Shown: positions 8,473 through 15,290 of the stretch, piece after piece
How positions within the stretch are numbered: the first letter of the stretch is position 1
How the letters are laid out: each line of letters opens with the position of its first letter
Origin: Nitrosomonas europaea
Lineage (GTDB): Bacteria; Pseudomonadota; Gammaproteobacteria; Burkholderiales; Nitrosomonadaceae
Length of the DNA: 32,000 nucleotides
Direction: 5' to 3'
Assembly: GCF_900167395.1 (NCBI RefSeq)
Contig: NZ_FUWK01000029.1
Location: 7,192 to 39,191, forward strand
Made by a program: the position numbers and the translations under genes
The notes under the pieces: generated by a model
What the model saw: the letters and a program-made list of their open reading frames with translations, nothing else
Database searches by the model: none
Told to the model about the DNA's origin: nothing

Positions 8473-8917
8473 GACACTATTCCCCGCCCTCGCGAGGAGG
8501 CTGCAGGCCGACGTGGCGATCCAGCAGCACTGAATGTTGTTCTGGATTGCTTCATCCTTGCAGGATTTGCAAAGAGGAGATTTATCTCACTTGTGCCATA
8601 ATCACCACCGTTTTCGTGAGGTCGCAAGCCGAAGGCTAAACAAGTAATCCATGAAATACAGGTTCTTTCCGACGCTTAAACAGTAGTACTTGCGCTTTAT
8701 TCTCTTCTGTATTTAGTTAAGCAGTTTTTAGGCTGATTGCGCTGTTGTCTTATTTGTCAGCGGAAATTGTTTTGTTGGGTGAAATTTTCATTGAAATACA
8801 TGATGATAATTAACTTATTTCAGAGTTATACGACATTACAAACAGGATTATTGGACAAAATGTCTTATATATTGCGTTGGGCATCTCGTGGGGTACCGAT
8901 ACTACGGAGGCTAAGGA

Positions 8918-9325
8918 ATGGATGAGATCATCAAACAAAGTCCTGTTTTGTGGGTTCTAAGCGCCGTAGTTACTGGCTTCATCGCTGGCATCGCTGCGTA
9001 CATTGGTTTACTCAAGATAACGAATCAGGAGACTATTATAAAAGGGACTTATGAGCCAAAGAAGAACCTAGTGGGCCGTGTCTTGAAGAACGAAGTTCTC
9101 ATCGAATGCGGAAAGCTCATTGAGCTGGCAGGGCGCATAGATGGAGCGACGATGCCGGATAAAGTGGAGGCGTATATGACACAAACACTGATCTTTCTTG
9201 AAGGACTCGATCTTCCCAAAGTACAGCAATATCACCAGCTCAAAATGTCTTGGCCTGCTTATACGATCCAGCTATTGCTGGTGAATGACAAGCTGTCTTC
9301 GTCGCAGAAACTGGGGCGAGCGTAG
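8918..9325 (+). CDS. hypothetical protein with one N-terminal TM helix
   Basis: 135-aa ORF with GGAGG 8 nt upstream of the ATG. The TM segment is VLWVLSAVVTGFIAGIAAYIGLL. No family was recognised. Confidence 0.55.
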   Translation: MDEIIKQSPVLWVLSAVVTGFIAGIAAYIGLLKITNQETIIKGTYEPKKNLVGRVLKNEVLIECGKLIELAGRIDGATMPDKVEAYMTQTLIFLEGLDLPKVQQYHQLKMSWPAYTIQLLLVNDKLSSSQKLGRA

Positions 9326-9383
9326 GGTGTCCTCGAGGGGCTGAGATCAAGTTTTTCTGCCTCTGCAGGTGGTTAATGGAAAA

Positions 9384-9455
9384 GCCCAACAGGGCGCTCA
9401 AGCGGACCGCCAATCCACTGCGCGGCTTGTCGGCCCCTTAGCTTGAGCGTTATAC
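9384..9455 (+). other. attC-like recombination site
   Basis: Reading: GCCCAAC (R''-like) - AGGGC - GCTCAAGC ... GCTTGAGC - GTTATAC (R'-like). The 8-bp arms GCTCAAGC/GCTTGAGC are perfectly complementary. The site is 72 bp long and the next ORF starts 17 nt later. The R' box deviates from GTTRRRY at one position. Confidence 0.5.
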
Positions 9456-9471
9456 CTCTACGGATTGAATC

Positions 9472-9843
9472 ATGAACGATAAATCCAAAATGAAGGTTTA
9501 CTACAATTCAGCTTGCCCAGTTTGTAAAGCAGGGATAGAAGGGCAAATGGATAAGGATAGCGTCTGTGAGATTCAATGGAATGATGTTCACAAGAATAAT
9601 AGCTTGGTATCAGAGGTAGGTTCTGAGCTTGAATTTGTGCGTGAGCGTCTACATGTTGTCGATGAAAATGGCGATCTTCAAGTTGGATTTAATGCATTTC
9701 TGGCAATCTGGCGCAACTCCCCAAAGGAAACATGGAAATCAAGGCTGTTTGGTATGCCTGTCTTAAAACAAATATGCCAAGTTTTCTACAATATCTTTGC
9801 CGCAGCTCTTAATAAATGGAACAGAACAAAGAAACATTGGTAG
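9472..9843 (+). CDS. DCC-family thiol-disulfide oxidoreductase (DUF393)
   Basis: 123 aa. It has an N-terminal KVYYNSACPVCKAGIEG (CxxC) and the C-terminal hydrophobic pattern typical of DCC1-like proteins. Confidence 0.7.
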   Translation: MNDKSKMKVYYNSACPVCKAGIEGQMDKDSVCEIQWNDVHKNNSLVSEVGSELEFVRERLHVVDENGDLQVGFNAFLAIWRNSPKETWKSRLFGMPVLKQICQVFYNIFAAALNKWNRTKKHW

Positions 9844-9876
9844 GGCAACGATATAACCCAGGCGTTAGCTTTCTTT

Positions 9877-10606
9877 ATGACCTACGCAGACATCACGTTC
9901 AAAGACAAAAACGCTATTAAACGCTGGCTTCAGTCACGTAGGCTTGTCGTTGCATCTCGCATTGCTGATGCGGGGGGGGGATCCCCACTGTATTCTCGAT
10001 TTTGGTGCTGGAAATGGCGAGTTATGCAAACTCATTGCATTGCAATTTTGCTACGAACCAACTCCTTCCCTAATGGCCGAGGCAAAGGAAAATTTGGCCG
10101 ACTTGCCACAGATCAGTTTTTGTAGTGATCTAGAAAAAATATCTGATGGTTCAGTAGAGCTTATTTTTTGCCTTGAGGTCTTTGAACATCTTCCAGAAAA
10201 AGAAACAAAAGATGCTTTAGGACAATTCGATAGACTACTGACTGATAACGGCAATGCAGTTATCGGTGTGCCGGTAGAAATTGGGATTCCAGCCTTATAC
10301 AAGGGCATTTTTCGCATGTCACGCCGTTTCAATACATTCGATGCTTCAATCAAAAATGTTTTACTCGCTGCGTTGTCTTTTCCACCAAAAGACCGGCCTG
10401 TGTCGGAAATTACACCTGGTTTCGCCTTCCACCACGAACATATGGGGTTTGACTATCGTAAGTTACAAGCCCTCTTACATGCGCAGTTCGGGTTGCAGCA
10501 AGTTACTACGAGTCCATTTTCAATTTTCGGGCCATGGCTAAATCCGGAGGTAAATTTCCTCATACAGAAAGCTAACCCGGCGGTCAACGCAGACGCTGCG
10601 CGATAA
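9877..10606 (+). pseudogene. class I SAM-dependent methyltransferase split by a G9 homopolymer
   Basis: ORF 9877..10125 (MTYADITFKDKNAIKRWLQSRRLVVASRIADAGG..) and ORF 9944..10606 (..DPHCILDFGAGNGELCKLI ... IFCLEVFEHLPEKETKDALGQFDRLLTDNGNAVIGVP) overlap at the run of nine G at 9972-9980. Eight or eleven G would fuse them into one protein of about 242 aa carrying SAM-binding motif I (DFGAGNG). Confidence 0.7.
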
Positions 10607-10643
10607 AGCCGCGCAGTGTCGCACAATTCGCGGCCCGTTAGAC
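10582..10643 (+). other. attC-like recombination site overlapping the methyltransferase stop
   Basis: GGTCAAC (R''-like) ... GCTGCGCG-ATAAAGC-CGCGCAG hairpin ... GTTAGAC (a perfect GTTRRRY). GTCAACG and CGTTAGAC pair with one bulged base. The site is 62 bp long and the next ATG is at 10652. Confidence 0.5.
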
Positions 10644-10651
10644 ACCACAAT

Positions 10652-11080
10652 ATGCGTCTTTGGTCACTTCACCCCAAATATCTCGATCCTCAAGGTCTTG
10701 TCGCCTTGTGGCGTGAATCACTGCTTGCAAAAGCAGTTCTTCGCGGAGAAACCCGTGGCTACACAAATCATCCGCAACTGGAACGATTCAAAGCGCACCC
10801 TCAGCCTCACTTCGCAATCAATTTCTATCTCGCAGCAATTCATGCAGAAGCCACGGAGCGCGGCTATACTTTTGATTCATCCAAAATCGGGCCAGTTTGT
10901 TCAGTGCAACTCATATTAGTCAATAGCGGACAACTTTCACATGAATGGAACCACTTGCAGCACAAACTGGCTACTCGCAGCCCAATCGTGCATGCCCGTT
11001 GGAGTGATCTTGCCTCACCGATCTGCCATCCATTGTTCCATCCGCAGCCAGGGCCTGTCGCTTCATGGGAGCGAGTGTAG
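10652..11080 (+). CDS. pyrimidine-dimer DNA glycosylase/endonuclease V family protein
   Basis: ORF 10616..11080. The likely start is the ATG at 10652, giving MRLWSLHPKYLDPQGLVALWRESLLAKAVLRGETRGYTNHPQLERF. I recognise this as the conserved N-terminus of that family. Confidence 0.7.
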   Translation: MRLWSLHPKYLDPQGLVALWRESLLAKAVLRGETRGYTNHPQLERFKAHPQPHFAINFYLAAIHAEATERGYTFDSSKIGPVCSVQLILVNSGQLSHEWNHLQHKLATRSPIVHARWSDLASPICHPLFHPQPGPVASWERV

Positions 11081-11086
11081 GGTGGC

Positions 11087-11107
11087 GCCTAACTTTCGGC
11101 GTTAGGG
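11087..11107 (+). other. minimal attC-like relic (R''/R' boxes only)
   Basis: GCCTAAC-TTTCGGC-GTTAGGG. The two 7-mers are inverted core sites, but the element is only 21 bp, too short for a functional attC. The next ATG is at 11111. Confidence 0.3.
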
Positions 11108-11110
11108 TCC

Positions 11111-11407
11111 ATGACCAAGCCTCTCGACCGTCTCATTGGCATGACACTCCTGAGCGCAGAGATCGCCTCGGGGTCCGCAGAGCTACGATTCTCTCGCTGC
11201 GACTTCTCCGCATATTCAACCTATAGTTCGTTCCCTGATTTTGGCAGCCTTGTGGGCCAAACCGTACAGTCGATCGTTGGCTCCATGGATAGACTGGTCA
11301 TTCGCTTTGCTTTCGGTGAGTTTTTTATTTCGCTGCATCCAGACGACTATCGTGGTCCAGAAGCTTTCTGTGCCAGGTTTGCTGACGGGCCCTGGGTCGT
11401 TGAATAG
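11111..11407 (+). CDS. hypothetical protein (cassette ORF)
   Basis: 98-aa ORF that starts 3 nt after the GTTAGGG box and ends 6 nt before the canonical attC. No family was recognised. Confidence 0.5.
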   Translation: MTKPLDRLIGMTLLSAEIASGSAELRFSRCDFSAYSTYSSFPDFGSLVGQTVQSIVGSMDRLVIRFAFGEFFISLHPDDYRGPEAFCARFADGPWVVE

Positions 11408-11413
11408 CATGGG

Positions 11414-11473
11414 TCCTAACAATTCATTCAAGCGGATGGCGCTACGCGCAGCCGTTTAACCCCAGCGTTGGGC
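11414..11473 (+). other. canonical attC (59-be) site
   Basis: TCCTAAC-AATTC-ATTCAAGC-GGATGGCGCTACGCGCAGCC-GTTTAACCCC-AGC-GTTGGGC, 60 bp. The layout and much of the sequence parallel classical attC sites such as attC-aadA7 (TCTAAC AATTC GTTCAAGC ... GCTTAACTC AAGC GTTAGAT), recalled from memory. Confidence 0.7.
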
Positions 11474-11610
11474 ATCTGAACGACCACTTTTGAAGCGACG
11501 ATCTCTGCTGTACTTCCGTCAGCCGTATAGTTTGACAAAAAGACAGCGCTCTCAATTTACCCAAGGTAGCAAGGCGGATAGCGCACCTGTATGCCGCTTC
11601 TTAAATGCAA

Positions 11611-14600
11611 TCACAGATCGGGTTGTTGCAGCACCCATTCGTGCAGTGATACGTAGTCGGTTTTTCCGGTAGCGAGCAGCGGTAGCTTGTCGATGTACAG
11701 GATGCTCTTCGGTATTCCCAGTTCTCCCAGGCCATTCTGGTTGAAATAAGCAACGATTTCGCTGCGGTCCGCCGGTTGGCGGGTTGTGATCAGAACGAGC
11801 TGTTCGCCTTTTCTGGCATCGGGAATCTGAATGACAGCATGGCTGTAGTCCGGCCACAGCTGATGGATCGATTCTTCTATGGCCGGCAGTGAAATCATTT
11901 CCCCGCCTATTTTGGCAAACCGCTTGGCGCGCCCTTTGATGAAAACGTAGCCTTCTTCGTTGATTTCAACGATGTCGCCGGTATCATGCCAGCCCTCGAC
12001 AGGGGGTATGACCATCCCGGGGTTGGCTGCCAGATAGTAGCCCAGCATCACATTCGGGCCGGATACCAGTAGTTTGCCCCCTTGCGTGATTCCCGGAACA
12101 GGTTCCAGTTTGCTGGAAATGCCGGGTAGCAGGCGGCCGACTGATCCGGGATGGTTGTGCATGGGGGTGTTCAAACTGAGGATCGGAGCAGTTTCAGTTG
12201 TGCCATAGCCTTCGAAGATACGCACACCAAAATTCTCCGACCACAGTCTGCGTGTGCTTTCCCGCAATTTTTCGGCGCCGGCAAATGCGTAACGAACGCT
12301 GTAAAAATCGTAGGCGTTGGCATGGCGCGCATAACCGGCGAGGAAAGTATCAGTACCGAACAGCAGGTTGCATTGGTGTCGTAGATCAGCTCGGGAATGA
12401 CGCGGTAATGCAGAGGAGACGGGTACAGAAAGACCCGCATACCGGACAGTACCGGCAGCAGCATGCCGCCTGTCAATCCAAAGGAATGGAAGAGGGGCAG
12501 TGCATTGAATACCAGGTCAGTCGGGCCGAAATCGATCCGGGCGGATACCTGGAAACGATTGGCCTGCAGGTTGGTATGGCTGAGCACCACGCCTTTGGGT
12601 ACGTCTTCCGATCCGGAAGTGAACAGGACGACTGCCGGTGCATCCGGATTACGCCGGGAATGGGTATAGCGATAACTGATTCCCGGCAGCAGGCTTGCTA
12701 CCAGCCCTGCCAGTTTGTGCCACCAGTGCACCTGATGTTTCAGATCTTCCAGATAGATCAGTGTGATCTGCTGTGCTTTCAGACTGTCGGCCAGTCCGGT
12801 CAGTTTGGCGGCTTCGATGAATCTGCGTGCAGTGATGATGGTCCGGATCTGTGCTACCTGGCAGGCTGTCATGAGATTTCTGGGGCTGACCGAAAAATTT
12901 AGGAGGGCAGGTACACGTCCGAAAGCCTGCAAGGCAAAAAAACTGATCACGCTGCTCACCATGTTGGGCAGCATGATTCCCACGTTTTCCTGCGTGTGGG
13001 TATAGCGGCGCAGAACAATACCCAGGATGAAGCTGCGTGTGATCAGTTGAGAATAGTTCAATGGGTTGCGTTCGACATCTTCCGCGATGACGTGCTTTCT
13101 GCCGTGCGTGGCCGCAGCATCGAGCAGTGACTGAAACAGAGTTTGCCGCAGGACATTGCTCTGAAAAATCGTTGTGGTCATGATGTCGTACAGTTTCAGG
13201 CCGGCAGCGCGGCGACGGCGTTTGCCACGGATCGAATCCGGCAGATCGAAGCTTTCCGGCGGCATGACGGTTACGGTGATCCGCGGGAACCAGTGTATCC
13301 TCACCTTCCCTTTCAGTCTGGAGAAGAGCGTGTATTGCGGGCCTGAAAGGCTTACCGGCAACAGTTTTGCCCCGGCCTTATCCGCGATCATGGCCGGGCC
13401 TTCGTAGATTTTCATGAGTGACCCGGTCAATGTCAGCCGGCCTTCAGGGAAAATCACCACCCTGTCACCGTTTCTGACGCGTTCGATCAGCAGACGGGTG
13501 GACAAAGGATTGGTCGGGTCAAGCGCAATGGTGTCCGCCAGAAACAGGAAGGGCCGTACCCACCATTTGCGGGCAATACTGGTGTTGATGGCGAAGCACA
13601 GGCGTTCGGGAAAGCATACGCTCAGCAGTGTGGCATCCAGGAACGACAGGTGATTGGCGACGATCAGCACTTTTTCTCCTGCCTGCCGATAATGTTCCAG
13701 CCCTCTGATTTTCAGGCGATAGAACGTATGGAATCCCCACTGCAGAATGGATCTGGCCAGTTCATACGGCAACAGTCCCGCGATATAAACCGCAACCAGG
13801 CCATTTAACAGAGCGAGGGTGAGAAAGACTTCAGAAACAGTGAAATCCAATGCCAGCATTACGCTGATACCCGCTGCGGAAACCACCATGAACAGGGCAT
13901 TCATAATGTTGTTGGCGGCAATGGCGCGCGAACGGTGGGAGGGTTTCGTATAGTTTTGCACGATGGCATAGAGCGGCACGATGTAGAGGCCGCCGCAGAT
14001 CGAGATGGCCAGCAGATCCAGCAAAATGCGCCAGTGGGCGAATGATTCCAGGAAATTCAGCACGCCGATGAGTGTTCCATTCGCTGCAGGTGTGAATGAT
14101 GTACTGGCAAAATACAGATCGATGGTGAAGATCGTCATGCCCAGTACGCCTAAAGGAACATAAGTTGCGGCCACTTCACCTTTGAGCAGTTTGTCGCACA
14201 GCAGCGCACCGATACCGATTCCCACCGAAAAGAGTGTCAGGAACAGCGTAACCACCTGTTCATTTCCACCAATGATTTCTTTGGCGAAGGTGGGAAATTG
14301 TGACAGAAATGTCGCGCCAAACAGCCAGAACCACGAGACTCCGAGAATGGCGTGAAACACCGTGGTGTTCTCACGTGCCTGCCGGATGAGGGTGCGCGTT
14401 TCTTCAAGCACATGCCAGTTGACGATCGTATCTGCTGCTGCCGGGCGGACCGGGGGAATGAACAGACTGGACAGCCAGCCGGCCAGCGCTATCCCGATCG
14501 TTATGCCGGATACGATCGCCCCTCCCTGCTCGGCCAGAATGAGCAACCCGCCTATGATCGTCCCCAGCAGAATGGCAATGAATGTTCCGGCACTGACCAG

Positions 14601-15044
14601 TGCATTGCCGCCGATCAGCTCATCTTCACGCAACTGGTCCGGCAGGATGCTGTATTTCAATGGCCCGAAGAAAGCGGACTGGGCGCCCATCAGAAACAGA
14701 ATCATCATGAGCAGTATGACGCTATCCAGATAAAACCCCGCCGCCGCGCCTCCCATCAGAATGATTTCGACGAATTTGACGTGGCGGATCAGCCGTGCCT
14801 TATCCCATTTATCCGCCAGCTGGCCGGCAGTAGCGGAAAAGATGAAAAACGGCAGGATGAAAATACCGGCCGCCAGCGTGACCATGATCTGCGGGCTCAG
14901 GCCCGCGTTGTCCATGGTGGTGTAGGTAATCAGAATGACCAGCGCATTCTTGAAAACATTGTCATTGAATGCACCCAGAAACTGGGTAACGAAAAAGGGT
15001 AAAAAGCGTCTGCTCGAAAGCAGCTTCCATTGACTTGGGTGCAT
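11611..15044 (-). pseudogene. aas: fused lysophospholipid transporter (MFS LplT) / PlsC acyltransferase / acyl-ACP synthetase (Aas), with a 1-nt frameshift
   Basis: ORF 12171..15044 carries the MFS N-terminus (RRFLPFFVTQFLGAFNDNVFKNAL), the acyltransferase HX4D motif (VANHLSFLD, ..FPEGRLT) and an AMP-binding domain (LFTSGSEDVPKGVVLSH). After ..ELIYDTNAT the frame is lost. The correct continuation (L)LFGTDTFLAGYARHANAYDFYSVRYAFAGAEKLRESTRRLW..EGYGTTE.. lies in the frame of ORF 11611..12267. The junction is at about 12361-12372, where one base appears to be missing. Confidence 0.8.
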
Positions 15045-15128
15045 AACGAACCTTCCCGGATAGCGATATTCTGATTATAGGGAACTCCTCCCGGAAACCC
15101 TAGCATCATGACAAAAATCTATCTGCTG

Positions 15129-15158
15129 TTGACAATAGCATTTCACAACAGGTACCAT
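15129..15158 (+). promoter_or_regulatory. putative nrdAB sigma-70 promoter
   Basis: TTGACA (15129-15134), an 18-nt spacer, then TACCAT (15153-15158). It sits 133 nt upstream of the nrdA ATG. Confidence 0.4.
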
Positions 15159-15174
15159 TGTTTTATCCTGTCAA

Positions 15175-15190
15175 ACACAATATATTGTGT
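15175..15190 (+). promoter_or_regulatory. NrdR box
   Basis: ACACAATATATTGTGT is a perfect 16-bp palindrome that matches the NrdR operator consensus acaCwAtATaTwGtgt. It lies just downstream of the putative -10. A weaker half-matching box is at 15143-15158. Confidence 0.7.
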
Positions 15191-15290
15191 TCTCAGGTGT
15201 CCAGCAGTGTTCAGCCAATTCCTTCCCAGCTACTTGATTTTCGACCATTTTTCGATCAGCAGTACCATCGTCGTACAGGAGAATTTGACC

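Larger units (their letters stand above)
8874..11477 (+). mobile_element. integrase-less gene-cassette array (CALIN-like) bounded by a 13-bp direct repeat
   Basis: Five ORFs all lie on the + strand. Each starts 4-36 nt after a GTTRRRY-like box (8876, 9449, 9864, 10637, 11101). attC-like inverted-repeat sites lie between ORFs. G+C is mosaic (hand-counted lines at 8701 and 9541 give about 37-38%, and 10741 about 55%). GCGTTGGGCATCT occurs at both 8874-8886 and 11465-11477. No intI is present in the window. Confidence 0.6.

Noticed and set aside
8337-8627. 96-aa minus-strand ORF across the PepSY relic, and a possible intI remnant in 8473-8640
   Set aside because: Translations in all frames show no tyrosine-recombinase/IntI motifs. 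The ORF is antisense to a decayed gene copy.
9843-9870. Short GGGCAAC...GTTAGCT element between the DCC and methyltransferase genes as a functional attC
   Set aside because: It is only 28 bp, far below the known attC size range. At best it is a collapsed relic, and the two ORFs may form one cassette.
15108-15290. N-terminal extension of the nrdA ORF (listed start 15108)
   Set aside because: The extension runs through the predicted promoter and the NrdR palindrome, is hydrophobic nonsense (MTKIYLLLTIAFHNRYHCFILS..), and has no SD. The ATG at 15291 has AGGAG and matches NrdA N-termini.
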